A DNA stretch of 64,000 nucleotides from an uncultured Candidatus Saccharibacteria bacterium (GTDB taxonomy: Bacteria; Patescibacteriota; Minisyncoccia; Phycocordibacterales; PALSA-1337), in contig CAZLCD010000001.1 of NCBI GenBank assembly GCA_964558375.1, positions 131,406 to 195,405 on the forward strand, written 5' to 3'. The position numbers and the translations under genes were made by a program. Numbering within the stretch: the stretch's first letter is position 1; every line of letters begins with the position of its first letter. The notes under the pieces are model-generated. The model was given only the letters and a program-made list of their open reading frames with translations, searched no databases and was not told the DNA's origin. Below, piece by piece: positions 1 to 10,303 of this stretch.

Positions 1-259
1 TGGGAATAATATATTATATCTCCATAATATGTAGATATTGTACAATTGTTATAGATCATTTTGATTATCTATTTCGTATCATGGTTTATAATCAATAATA
101 GTTTTTTCCTTCTCTCGCCTGTATAATTGAATATATATGGGAAAAAGATTATTACTAATATGTATCATTTCTGTAATAATATCAACTTGTCTCACTTTCT
201 ATAAAAATATGATTTTAAAAGAGTTTGAAGTCGTGGATTCTAGAACTTTAAATAACTAA

Positions 260-1171
260 ATGCACTGGATATTTATATCACTATCGGCACCTTTTCTCTG
301 GAGTATCTTAAATCATCTAGATAAATATCTTATATCTAAATATGTTGGAAATTCTGGTGTTGGTGGCCTATCAATATTTTCCTCAGGATTTGCTGTATTT
401 ACTCTGCCTATACTATATTTTTTTGATAAGAATATTTTTAATATAAATATATTAAATATCACCGTTCTTTCATTGACTGGTGTATTAACTGCTCTAGGCA
501 TCCTCTTTTATTTATATGCATTAAATAATGATGAGGCGTCATACGTAGTACCATTCTGGTTTCTAATACCTATTTTTAGTTATGTATTGGGTGTATTTAT
601 CCTAGGAGAACATATCTTCTTTGGTAAGATCATTGGTTCTATTATTACAATAATTGGCGCATTCGTTCTATCTCTGAAGTATGGTAAGGGTTTTCATGTT
701 AGAACAGGAACAGTTACTTTGATGATTGCATCAAGTTTTGTTTTAGCTCTAAATAACGTTCTATTTAAAGACTTAGCGATACATACATCATTTTGGCAAT
801 CTATGTTTTGGAATCAATTCGGTCTATTTATTTTTGGACTAAGTGCTTTTTTGTTTATTAAAAAGTATCGTCAGGATTTTATAAAGATAGTTAAATTTAA
901 CACCCTTGACCTGACTCTATTTAATATAGGCGGAGAAATCGTCCAAGTTGTGGCTGGTTTCTTTAATTATTATGCAGTTATACTTGCTCAAGTATCCCTA
1001 GTTTTATTAATAGAGTACACTTTCCAACCCCTCTTTGTTTTATTGGGAGGAATCATCTTAACAAAATTATTCCCATATATTACAAAAGAAGAGACTGGTC
1101 ATAAGTACACCCTCCAAAAGTTTTTTGCAATATCAATCATGGCTGTCGGGGTATATTTAATCGTGATATAA
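260..1171 (+). CDS. EamA/DMT-family-like 10-TM permease
   Basis: 303 aa, about ten hydrophobic helices in two halves, consistent with drug/metabolite transporter architecture. Confidence 0.5.
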   Translation: MHWIFISLSAPFLWSILNHLDKYLISKYVGNSGVGGLSIFSSGFAVFTLPILYFFDKNIFNINILNITVLSLTGVLTALGILFYLYALNNDEASYVVPFWFLIPIFSYVLGVFILGEHIFFGKIIGSIITIIGAFVLSLKYGKGFHVRTGTVTLMIASSFVLALNNVLFKDLAIHTSFWQSMFWNQFGLFIFGLSAFLFIKKYRQDFIKIVKFNTLDLTLFNIGGEIVQVVAGFFNYYAVILAQVSLVLLIEYTFQPLFVLLGGIILTKLFPYITKEETGHKYTLQKFFAISIMAVGVYLIVI

Positions 1172-1178
1172 TACTCCG

Positions 1179-1535
1179 ATGGAAATTAAGAAGAATACTC
1201 TGGTTAATAAATTTTTCTCTATACTTATATCGCTAACCCTCTTAAGTGCTTTTATTTCAACCTATTATAACTATATGATAAAGATGGAGCACAATTATTT
1301 AGTGGAGGAAAAATGTAATCCAGATACCGAAAAATGTTTCTATAGAGATTGCGATGGTGATCCAGACAGTTGTCCACCAAACAATTTTTCTTACTATAAA
1401 ATTTTTAACATAAAAGCTCATAATTTTAGTAGATGTGAAGATGGTTCTTGTAAAAATGTCTGTAGTCTAGATGAGTCGGTTTGTCAGTATATCTCTTGTG
1501 AAGAAAATGAAGGCAATATGTGTGTGGGTATGTAG
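1179..1535 (+). CDS. Small Cys-rich secreted/membrane-anchored protein (10 Cys)
   Basis: N-terminal hydrophobic segment then ten cysteines in a 75-aa D/E/N-rich tail; upstream of unknown ORF and sensor kinase. Confidence 0.4.
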   Translation: MEIKKNTLVNKFFSILISLTLLSAFISTYYNYMIKMEHNYLVEEKCNPDTEKCFYRDCDGDPDSCPPNNFSYYKIFNIKAHNFSRCEDGSCKNVCSLDESVCQYISCEENEGNMCVGM

Positions 1536-1551
1536 GTGTTCTTTTAAAAAA

Positions 1552-2397
1552 ATGTTCAGTAAAAAAAATATAGATGTAGACATAGACAACCTGATCTCTG
1601 AGCAGAAGATCTTCAGTGAATTTGTCTATACCGCATTAGATGATGCTGTAAACGAAATAAATAAAAGATCTTCAGATGTTATGTTAAAAAAATATCTAGA
1701 TAAAATGTTGCCGGCGGGGATCCCAAGTATTCTAGATAAGAAGAAGCACGCCTTTCTTTCTAGGTGTATAGCTACCCCTAATTATGAAACAAGTAGATTT
1801 ATAGATATTGTTTGTCTGATGGATGATTTTCAGCCATTGTTTTGGGAATATGGAATGGATAAGTTTAAGCCTAATGTTAATATCTCCAAACATAGTCTGG
1901 GAAAAATGACTTTTTGTGGCGGATTAGATAAGAAGGGAAATAAAAAAGTACAACATATTAATATTGTTGATTTTAATAAATATAATGGAAAAATACTCAA
2001 AGATATTAGGACTATTTGGGGGCAAGATTTAATAGATTTTCATCATGAGTTATTTGAGGAAGTATATGGAGATAGAAAAATCAAAACACTATCTTTTTTC
2101 GATGCTTCAGAGTGGTACTCTAATTCCGGCAGGGAAGTTGCTGTGTATTATAAATATATTTTGAGCCTTTTTCTAATTCATGGGGTCTTATTCGAAAACT
2201 TCCTTCTAGATGATTTATCAGAAAGACAGTTTATAAGGAATGTATTTTTGCCAGCTTTTATTGAAATAACAAAGGAAACAGGTAAAAAGCCGTTAATAGT
2301 TTCTCTTGGGCCCCCAAAAACAGAATCAGATAAATTCTGGCTATACTATCCACACAAACACACGGAATCAATAAAAGATAAACTAAATCTGATATAA
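1552..2397 (+). CDS. Hypothetical protein (start trimmed to internal ATG after upstream stop)
   Basis: Long ORF; first ATG that does not overlap upstream gene is at 1552; no recognised motifs. Confidence 0.4.
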   Translation: MFSKKNIDVDIDNLISEQKIFSEFVYTALDDAVNEINKRSSDVMLKKYLDKMLPAGIPSILDKKKHAFLSRCIATPNYETSRFIDIVCLMDDFQPLFWEYGMDKFKPNVNISKHSLGKMTFCGGLDKKGNKKVQHINIVDFNKYNGKILKDIRTIWGQDLIDFHHELFEEVYGDRKIKTLSFFDASEWYSNSGREVAVYYKYILSLFLIHGVLFENFLLDDLSERQFIRNVFLPAFIEITKETGKKPLIVSLGPPKTESDKFWLYYPHKHTESIKDKLNLI

Positions 2398-2404
2398 TAA
2401 AACA

Positions 2405-4048
2405 ATGGAACTTACATGTACAGGAGCTGTGGAATATGGATCAATAATATATTATTCTCATCTAATTCCAATTGGACTAATCATGGTATTATCTGTTTTT
2501 GTTTTTATAAAATCCGAATTTTCTTTTATATCAAGAATATTTCTCACATTCTCCAGTATATTTTCACTATGGTTATTGGGAGATGTTGTTGCTTGGGTAT
2601 CCACAGACTACAATATAATTTCATTTTTCTGGTCATCGCTTGACTATATAAATATACTATTCTATCTTTTTGCGCTATATTTCTTTTTTGTTGTTGTAAA
2701 AGGAAAAGATTTGTCTTTTATATATAAAATATTCCTAACTATATTATCTTTGCCAGCATGGTTTCTGACTATAAGTAATCTATCGATAGTGGAATTTGAT
2801 ACTACATGGTGTGAGGCTATAAATAATGAATTTCTAACAAACTATAAATTGGCCATAGAGGCTATCGTTATTGCATTCATAATTATTATTTCTATATACG
2901 AATTATTTAAAAAAATAGATTATTCACATAAAAAGAAAGTTGTCGTAGTTTCTGTTGCTCTAATTTTGTTCTTCCTTATATTTTCTATTACAGAATATAT
3001 ATCTAGCACCACAGGAGTCTACGAAATTAATTTATATAGTCTTTTTATACTTCCGGTATTTCTTTTTATAATCATATTTTCTACAATAAATCTTAAGGTT
3101 TTTAATATCAAACTAGCTGGCACACAGTTATTGGTCTACACAATGATTATTCTTGTCGGCTCACAATTCTTTTTTCTTGAAAATACTACGAGTCAAGTTT
3201 TAACCATTAGTACTTTTATATTATCGCTATCCTTTGGTGTTGTCCTAGTGAAAGATGCAAAACAGCAGGTCCTCCAACGCGAGCGTATCGAAGCTCTGGC
3301 TATCGACTTAAGAAAAGCCAATGATCGACTAACGGAGCTTGATATACAGAAAAGTGAATTCGTTTCGTTTGCCAGCCATCAGCTACGTGCGCCACTTACT
3401 GCTATTAAGGGCTACTCATCGCTACTTTTGGAAGGGGAGTTTGGGGCGATAGGGAAGGAAACAACCGAGGCCATTAGTCGTATTTTTGAAAGTTCAAAGA
3501 CATTGGCAACTATGGTTGATGACTATTTAAATATCTCAAGAATAGAGTTGGGTACGATGAAATATTCTTTCGATATGATAGATCTCAAAGAATTGGCTCA
3601 AAATGTTATAGCTGAACTCAAGCCAAATATTGAAAAAAGTAAGCTCGACTTTACTTTTGCAACCGATCCTGCGGATCCGAAAGAGAGATTTATGATACAT
3701 GCTGATAAAAATAATTTAAAGCAAGTTGTCGGCAACCTTATAGACAATTCTATAAAATATACTCCAAGTGGTTCCATCAAGGTTTTGCTTGCCAAAAATA
3801 AAGAAACAAGAAAAATTATTTTCTCTATCAAAGACACCGGAGTGGGGATAGATCCAGCTGTGATGCCAAAGCTTTTTTCAAAATTTGTCAGGGCACTCAA
3901 TGCTGATAAGCAGAATATTTATGGTACGGGCTTAGGGCTTTTCGTGGCTAAAGAGATAGTGCTCGCACACAAAGGCCGCCTTTGGGCTGAGTCAAAGGGG
4001 GAGGGTAAAGGCTCTACGTTTTTCTTGGAGATGGATATGGAGGTTTAG
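2405..4048 (+). CDS. Sensor histidine kinase with N-terminal multi-TM (about 8 helices) sensor
   Basis: H-box SHQLRAPLTAIKGY, HATPase motifs DTGVGI and GTGLGL; long hydrophobic N-terminal half. Confidence 0.8.
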   Translation: MELTCTGAVEYGSIIYYSHLIPIGLIMVLSVFVFIKSEFSFISRIFLTFSSIFSLWLLGDVVAWVSTDYNIISFFWSSLDYINILFYLFALYFFFVVVKGKDLSFIYKIFLTILSLPAWFLTISNLSIVEFDTTWCEAINNEFLTNYKLAIEAIVIAFIIIISIYELFKKIDYSHKKKVVVVSVALILFFLIFSITEYISSTTGVYEINLYSLFILPVFLFIIIFSTINLKVFNIKLAGTQLLVYTMIILVGSQFFFLENTTSQVLTISTFILSLSFGVVLVKDAKQQVLQRERIEALAIDLRKANDRLTELDIQKSEFVSFASHQLRAPLTAIKGYSSLLLEGEFGAIGKETTEAISRIFESSKTLATMVDDYLNISRIELGTMKYSFDMIDLKELAQNVIAELKPNIEKSKLDFTFATDPADPKERFMIHADKNNLKQVVGNLIDNSIKYTPSGSIKVLLAKNKETRKIIFSIKDTGVGIDPAVMPKLFSKFVRALNADKQNIYGTGLGLFVAKEIVLAHKGRLWAESKGEGKGSTFFLEMDMEV

Positions 4049-4119
4049 AAAAAACCCAAGGCTTAGTTGCCTCGGGTTCTTTCCAATCTCATGCATCGGG
4101 CATGGGGCTTTAATTTTTT

Positions 4120-4500
4120 CTACCTCTTCGCAACCTTTTTTACCATCTTCTTCGCCCCCTTCTTCACTTTAGCCTTCGGCAAAGTCTTTAGAATACTTTT
4201 CCACTGACCTTTAAGTACTTGCGCAAAAGCTTGAAGTTCTGGAGCAGCTACTTTACCGTTTGAAAGATAAGAAGCTAGCACAGAATCCACAATGCTATGG
4301 TAAACCTGCTCGGTGATCTCCTCTGCGTTTTGTATCTGCTCAATAATTTCGCCTTTCATTTTGATCATCCAACCCACCGCCTTCTTGCGATGAATATTTC
4401 CAGACGGACCAAAGAAGTAATATGTACTTGCTGCTAATGCTACTGCACCTGTTCCTAGAGCCACAATTGTTTTTGCAGAAACTTTATTATTTTTTTTCAT
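4120..4500 (-). CDS. Hypothetical membrane-anchored protein, Lys-rich C-terminus
   Basis: N-terminal TM (VALGTGAVALAAS), helical body, KKxxKK tail. Confidence 0.35.
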   Translation of the reverse strand: MKKNNKVSAKTIVALGTGAVALAASTYYFFGPSGNIHRKKAVGWMIKMKGEIIEQIQNAEEITEQVYHSIVDSVLASYLSNGKVAAPELQAFAQVLKGQWKSILKTLPKAKVKKGAKKMVKKVAKR

Positions 4501-4573
4501 AGTTTTGTTTCAGAATTAATCTGTTAATGTCTACTTGTTTTAGTATACCACTATAGAATTATTTAGGTATTGA

Positions 4574-4831
4574 CTACTTCAACATCTTGTTTCTAGGCTT
4601 TTTCTTGGCAGGGAAGAGCATTTTGAAAAAGACATTGTCGCGCATATCGTCGATAAGCTCCATAGTGGTATCTCCTATAGTCTCTACACTAGACTCTATT
4701 TTCTCCAAGATAGCTGTCAGAGAACGCAAAGCTCTTATAAAATAAACAAGAAGAATGGCTAGTAATATGCCCAAGATAATAAAACCTATTGATGAAATAA
4801 AGAAAAATATTTCTGAATGAATGATTTGCAT
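4574..4831 (-). CDS. Small membrane protein
   Basis: 85 aa, single N-terminal TM helix. Confidence 0.3.
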   Translation of the reverse strand: MQIIHSEIFFFISSIGFIILGILLAILLVYFIRALRSLTAILEKIESSVETIGDTTMELIDDMRDNVFFKMLFPAKKKPRNKMLK

Positions 4832-4877
4832 GTCTCTATTATATACTATCTGCTATAATATAAGGTAATCCTTTTAT

Positions 4878-6626
4878 ATGTTCATCGAAGATTCACAGCT
4901 TAATAAATTTATCCTTGATTCAAATCTTATATCAAAGGCTGATCTGGATTTGGCTGCAATTGAGGCAAAAGAAAAAGGCGTACGCCTCGGAGATATTCTA
5001 GTTAATACTGGCAAAATCACTGCCGATAATCTTCGCAGAATGCAAGCCTATGTGCTCGGTATACCTTTCGTTGATTTGAAAAATATAAAGATCCCTCTTG
5101 AGACTTTGTCTATGATCCCTGAGCCTGTAGCTCGCAATCACAATATCGTCGCTTTCAAAAAAGATGAACAATCCATGGAAGTGGCTATGCTCGATGTAGA
5201 TGATCTTTCTGCAATTGACTTCGTCAAGAAAAAAGTTTCTCTAAAGATTCTGCCAAGACTAACGGATTCAGAATCCATCAAGAATGCCATTATCCAATAT
5301 CAAAAGAGTTTGAAAGCCGAGTTTGGTGATCTTATTCAAAAAGAAACTGATGCACTAAAAACCGCTGTAGAAAAAACAGGGAATCCGACAACCGAAGAGG
5401 ATTTGAAAAAGGTAGCTTCTGACCTACCTGTGGTGCATATAGTCGACACTCTTCTCAAGCATGCTATTTTGCAAAATGCTTCAGATATACACATAGAGCC
5501 TATGGAAGAATCGTTACTTGTGAGATATCGCATCGATGGTCTGCTAAACGATGCTATGATTTTGCCGAAAAATGCTGAAGCCTCTATCACAGCGCGTATC
5601 AAAGTTCTTTCGAACTTGAAACTTGATGAGAAGCGCTTGCCACAAGATGGTCGCTTCAAGATAGAGATGAATGGAGAGAAGGTGAGCTTCCGAGTCTCGC
5701 TATTGCCGACCTACTATGGAGAAAAGACCGTGATGCGTCTCTTGCGAGAAAGTGTCTCTGGTTTTACTTTGGAATATCTTGGATTTCATGGTGAGGCTTT
5801 GGAGAGGATACATCATGCTAGTACTTTGACTACAGGTATGATACTCACCACTGGTCCTACAGGTTCCGGAAAGACCACAACCCTCTATACTATTCTCGAT
5901 ATTCTCAATCAGCCAGATGTCAACATTTCAACCATCGAAGATCCAGTGGAGTATCAAATGAAAAGAATTAATCAGACACAAGTAAAGCCTGATATTGGTT
6001 TTACATTTGCCTCGGGTTTGAGAACACTTGTCAGACAGGATCCAGATGTGATCATGGTTGGTGAGATTCGAGACAATGAAACTGCTTCACTTGCCGTCAA
6101 TGCCGCTTTGACTGGTCACCTTGTGCTCTCTACTCTACACACAAACAGCGCAGCTGGAGCTATACCGAGATTTTTGGATATGAAGATCGAACCATTCCTC
6201 TTGGTTTCTACGATCAATGTGATCATCGCTCAGAGGCTTGTGCGAAAGCTTTCTGAAAGTAAGCAGCAATATTTTTTGAATGCAGAAGAATTGGCAGTCT
6301 TGGCCAAAAGTGTCGATCTCGACAGGGTACTCGAAGCATTGAAGGTTGAGAAAGTAGTGAAGCCAGAGGATACTTGGGATAAGATTCCTTTGTATAAAGC
6401 TGTACCTTCGAAAGATAATGATGGATACAAAGGGCGTATCGGTATTCACGAAGTTTTGAAAGTTACACCGACCATCAAGGAACTTATCATCAAAGGTGCC
6501 ACTTCAGGCGAGATAGAAATCCAGGCCAAAAAGGAAGGCATGCTTACCATGATCGAAGATGGAATTTTCAATGTTGTTTCTGGTCGTACAACAATAGAAG
6601 AGGTGTTAAGGGTGATCTCCGAATAA
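4878..6626 (+). CDS. pilB: Type IV pilus / T2SS assembly ATPase (GspE/PilB family)
   Basis: N-terminal T2SSE_N-like domain, Walker A GPTGSGKTT, Asp box, His box (TGHLVLSTLHTN). Confidence 0.85.
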   Translation: MFIEDSQLNKFILDSNLISKADLDLAAIEAKEKGVRLGDILVNTGKITADNLRRMQAYVLGIPFVDLKNIKIPLETLSMIPEPVARNHNIVAFKKDEQSMEVAMLDVDDLSAIDFVKKKVSLKILPRLTDSESIKNAIIQYQKSLKAEFGDLIQKETDALKTAVEKTGNPTTEEDLKKVASDLPVVHIVDTLLKHAILQNASDIHIEPMEESLLVRYRIDGLLNDAMILPKNAEASITARIKVLSNLKLDEKRLPQDGRFKIEMNGEKVSFRVSLLPTYYGEKTVMRLLRESVSGFTLEYLGFHGEALERIHHASTLTTGMILTTGPTGSGKTTTLYTILDILNQPDVNISTIEDPVEYQMKRINQTQVKPDIGFTFASGLRTLVRQDPDVIMVGEIRDNETASLAVNAALTGHLVLSTLHTNSAAGAIPRFLDMKIEPFLLVSTINVIIAQRLVRKLSESKQQYFLNAEELAVLAKSVDLDRVLEALKVEKVVKPEDTWDKIPLYKAVPSKDNDGYKGRIGIHEVLKVTPTIKELIIKGATSGEIEIQAKKEGMLTMIEDGIFNVVSGRTTIEEVLRVISE

Positions 6627-6647
6627 TTTTATAGAAAAATTTATTAT

Positions 6648-7871
6648 ATGCCACATTTTATTTTTAAAGCAAAAAATTCTAGCGGACAAGTATACAAAGA
6701 TGAAAGAGATGCGAAGGATCGCTATGAACTTTACCGAATACTAAAAGAAAATGGTGAAGAAATAATAAAGATTAAGGAAAGAGAACACAGTATGTTTTCC
6801 TTCGCTAGACTTACGGCGCTTCTGCCCTTTGGCCATTCCATAAAGATCCAAGAGAAAATAACTTTGGCCAGAAATCTTGGAGCCATGATCACTGCCGGAC
6901 TTTCCATGTCACGCGCTTTGTCCGTGATCGAAAGACAAAGCAACAACAAGCTTCTGAAGAGGATTTTGAATACCTTAAAAACCAAAATCAGTGAAGGAAA
7001 GACCCTAAGTGAGGCTATGGGGCTTTATAAAAACATTTTTTCACCTATCTTCGTCTCTATGGTCAAAGCGGGGGAGCAGAGTGGAACTTTGGCGGAGTCT
7101 CTGCGAGTAGTGGCGGTGCAGATGGACAAATCCTTTGCTCTGCAAAGAAGAGTAAGGGGAGCCATGATGTATCCAGGCGTGATCCTTATCGCCATGATAC
7201 TTATTGCTATACTTATGCTTACATATATCGTTCCGACCTTGATGAAAACATTTACAGAACTAAAGCTCGATCTTCCTGCTTCTACAAAGTTTGTACTCTG
7301 GACTAGTAGCCTTGTAAGAGAGCATGGGTTCTTTCTTTTCTTGGCAATAGCAGTGGGACTTGGAATCTTTGTGGCTTGGTCCAAGCGCGCTTCTGGCAAA
7401 AAGGTTATACATTATGCCATTTTAAAAATCCCCATCATCGGCAACATTATCAAAGAGATTAACACTGCAAGAACAGCCAGAACTCTCTCTTCACTTATTT
7501 CGTCCGGTGTGGATATGATAGAAGCTATAAACATCACTACAGATGTTGTACAGAATGTGCACTATAAAGCGGTATTGAAAGAGACAAGTGAGGTGGTCAA
7601 AGCGGGAGGTCCGATGTCGGAAGTCTTCAGTCGGCATACCAAACTTTATCCGATCTTTATCGGAGAAATGATGAGTGTGGGTGAAGAAACTGGAAAGATA
7701 GGGGAGATGCTCCTCGGTGTGGCGGTGTTCTATGAAGATGATGTAGAACAAAAGACCAAGGACATGTCCACTGTGATCGAGCCTTTCCTTATGGTGACTA
7801 TCGGTGCGGTGGTCGGGTTCTTTGCAGTTGCGATGATTTCACCTATGTACTCATTGGTCAATGTAATCTAA
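6648..7871 (+). CDS. pilC: Type IV pilus / T2SS platform protein (GspF/PilC family)
   Basis: 407 aa, two GspF repeats, three TM segments, immediately downstream of pilB. Confidence 0.85.
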   Translation: MPHFIFKAKNSSGQVYKDERDAKDRYELYRILKENGEEIIKIKEREHSMFSFARLTALLPFGHSIKIQEKITLARNLGAMITAGLSMSRALSVIERQSNNKLLKRILNTLKTKISEGKTLSEAMGLYKNIFSPIFVSMVKAGEQSGTLAESLRVVAVQMDKSFALQRRVRGAMMYPGVILIAMILIAILMLTYIVPTLMKTFTELKLDLPASTKFVLWTSSLVREHGFFLFLAIAVGLGIFVAWSKRASGKKVIHYAILKIPIIGNIIKEINTARTARTLSSLISSGVDMIEAINITTDVVQNVHYKAVLKETSEVVKAGGPMSEVFSRHTKLYPIFIGEMMSVGEETGKIGEMLLGVAVFYEDDVEQKTKDMSTVIEPFLMVTIGAVVGFFAVAMISPMYSLVNVI

Positions 7872-9671
7872 ATGCCAAATCAAATTAAATTTAAACAAGG
7901 TTTCACTCTAGTCGAAGTTCTAGTCGGTATCGCCGTTTTTCTTTTGATCGCTACAGCTTCTTATCAAGCTTATATAAGCCTCTTTACTTTGATAAATTTG
8001 AATCAATACAAAATCACCGCGCTCAATCTGGTTAATGAGCAATTTGAAATTATTCGCAATCTTCCATACGCAGATGTTGGTGTGCAGGGAAGTATTCCAA
8101 AAGGCAAAATCCCTCATACACAGACTCTGACTCGAAGTGGTGTCACATTTGTAGTGACAGCAACGATCAGAAATGTTGATCTGCCTTTCGACGGAACTAT
8201 CGGTGGAAGTCCAAATGATCTTTCACCTTCGGATAATAAAATAGTTGAGATTCAAGTAGACTGTGCAAGTTGTAAAAGCTTTACACCTCTTAGTCTGACC
8301 ACAACAGTGGCACCGAAGAACTTGGAGACAGCTTCTACAAATGGTGCTCTATTTATCAGAGTCTTTGATGCAAATGGTATAGCTATACCTGATGCTTCGG
8401 TACATATTGTAAACAATAAGGTCAGCCCTGCTATCACAATCGATGATGTGACAGATGTAAACGGTATGCTTCAGATAGTTGATGTGCCTCCAGGTACCAA
8501 TGCCTATGAGATCACGGTTAGTAAAAATGGATATTCAAGCGATAGGACATATACGCCAGGAACACTAGAAAATCCAGATCCCACACAACCACATGCCAAT
8601 GTTCTTATTCAGCAAGTAACTCAAATAAGTTTTGTTATAGATCGACTCAGTACACTTTCATTCTCAAGTGTTACACCGACATGCCAAGCCGTGCCAAATA
8701 TTGACTTCAATTTGACTGGTGCAAAAACAATAGGCACCAATATCCCAAAATATTCACAGAACCTTATTACCAATAGCAGTGGAGTTTATTCAAACAGCGC
8801 AATAGAGTGGGATACGTATCAAGTTCTTGTGAATGATGCAGATTACAATATTATAGGCCTCAATCCTTTAAATCCTATTCTTCTAAATCCCAATAGTTCA
8901 CAGAATGTTCGACTCATTTTACAACCAAAGGATCCAAATACTTTACTTGTCACTATCAAAGATAGTGCTACGAATCTTCCTTTGACTGATGCTATGATCA
9001 AGGTGACAGGTCCAGCGTCTTTTAATGAGACCAAGATTTCTGGTCGAGGATTTATCAATCAGACGAACTGGTCTGGAGGTCCGAATCAAACTTTATACAC
9101 AGATCTGATCAAATATTTCTTTGATGATGGTAGTACAGAAATCGCCTCGCCCACTGGAGAGATCAAATTGAAAAATGTATTCGGCGCATATAACCCTAGT
9201 GCTGTGCTCGAATCCTCAACTATCGACACTGGATCTGTCAGTAATTTTTACAATCTGACTTGGGGTCCTGTGGATCAGCCTGTGCTTGCGGGGCCAGAAA
9301 GTGTGAAGTTCCAATTTGCAAGCAATGATAGTGATCCTGCGACCACAACATGGGAATATGTCGGTCCAGATGGCGCGACAACCACCTATTACACTTCTTC
9401 CAATACTTCGCTTTCATCTATTCACAATGGAGATCGCTATGCTCGCTACAAAGTTTTCTTGAAAACAGATTCGACCACCGTCACACCAAACATCTCTGAT
9501 GTGGCTTTCACTGTGACATCATCTTGTACACCTCCAGGGCAAGTCGTATTTTCTGGTTTGCCTTTAGGTACCTATCATGTCGAAGTCGGCAAGAGTGGGT
9601 ACGCTACCTCAACGCTTGATGTCGACTTGAATGTTCCATGGAAGGAGCAGGAGATGATTTTAAACCAATAA
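7872..9671 (+). CDS. Large prepilin-like protein (class III signal, 599 aa) with Ig-like/carboxypeptidase-regulatory-like repeats
   Basis: N-term KFKQGFTLVEVLVGIAVF (G|FTLVE with Glu+5); beta-rich T/S/N-rich body with motifs like IRVFDANGIAIPDASVHIV and GTYHVEVGKSGYATS. Confidence 0.7.
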   Translation: MPNQIKFKQGFTLVEVLVGIAVFLLIATASYQAYISLFTLINLNQYKITALNLVNEQFEIIRNLPYADVGVQGSIPKGKIPHTQTLTRSGVTFVVTATIRNVDLPFDGTIGGSPNDLSPSDNKIVEIQVDCASCKSFTPLSLTTTVAPKNLETASTNGALFIRVFDANGIAIPDASVHIVNNKVSPAITIDDVTDVNGMLQIVDVPPGTNAYEITVSKNGYSSDRTYTPGTLENPDPTQPHANVLIQQVTQISFVIDRLSTLSFSSVTPTCQAVPNIDFNLTGAKTIGTNIPKYSQNLITNSSGVYSNSAIEWDTYQVLVNDADYNIIGLNPLNPILLNPNSSQNVRLILQPKDPNTLLVTIKDSATNLPLTDAMIKVTGPASFNETKISGRGFINQTNWSGGPNQTLYTDLIKYFFDDGSTEIASPTGEIKLKNVFGAYNPSAVLESSTIDTGSVSNFYNLTWGPVDQPVLAGPESVKFQFASNDSDPATTTWEYVGPDGATTTYYTSSNTSLSSIHNGDRYARYKVFLKTDSTTVTPNISDVAFTVTSSCTPPGQVVFSGLPLGTYHVEVGKSGYATSTLDVDLNVPWKEQEMILNQ

Positions 9672-9673
9672 AA

Positions 9674-10303
9674 ATGATAAGAAAGAATATGAGAAAAAAT
9701 AATTTTAAAAAAGGTTTTACTTTAACAGAGATTGTTGTTGTACTCGGTATTCTTGGTTTAATTATGTTATCTGTGAGTTCTTTTCAAAGGGATGTGCTTG
9801 TTAATAATAAATTTTCTTCAGATTCTCTGACAACAATAGAAAACGCTAGGCCGATAATGAGAACAATTATAAGAAGTCTGCGCTCTGCTGGACCAAGTGA
9901 CAATGGCTCTTATGCTATAGCTCAAGCAGCTACAAATACGATCACCTTTTTTAGCGACGCAGATCTTGATGGTTTGAAAGAGCAGATAAGGTATTTCGTG
10001 CAGGGTACGGATCTAAAAATGGGATATGTGAAGCCTACCGGTTCTCCTTTGACTTACAATCAAGCCAATGAAGTGATCACTATCTTGGCCAATAGTGTGA
10101 AGAATGCTACAAGCACGGGGCTTTTTGAATATTATGATAAAAACTATACGGGTACGACCTCACCCATGACTTTACCTATCAATGTAACCTCTGTGCGTCT
10201 TATCAAGGTAAATCTAATGATAGATATAGACCCTAGCCGTTCGCCAGTACCTCGAATATATACTTCGCAAGTTAATATAAGAAATTTAAAGGATAATTTA
10301 TGA
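9674..10303 (+). CDS. Pseudopilin / minor pilin
   Basis: N-term KKGFTLTEIVVVLGILG prepilin cleavage/methylation motif with Glu+5. Confidence 0.65.
   Translation: MIRKNMRKNNFKKGFTLTEIVVVLGILGLIMLSVSSFQRDVLVNNKFSSDSLTTIENARPIMRTIIRSLRSAGPSDNGSYAIAQAATNTITFFSDADLDGLKEQIRYFVQGTDLKMGYVKPTGSPLTYNQANEVITILANSVKNATSTGLFEYYDKNYTGTTSPMTLPINVTSVRLIKVNLMIDIDPSRSPVPRIYTSQVNIRNLKDNL

Noticed and set aside
2416-2643. 75-aa + strand ORF inside the sensor kinase gene
   Set aside because: Alternative frame within the TM region of a well-supported gene.
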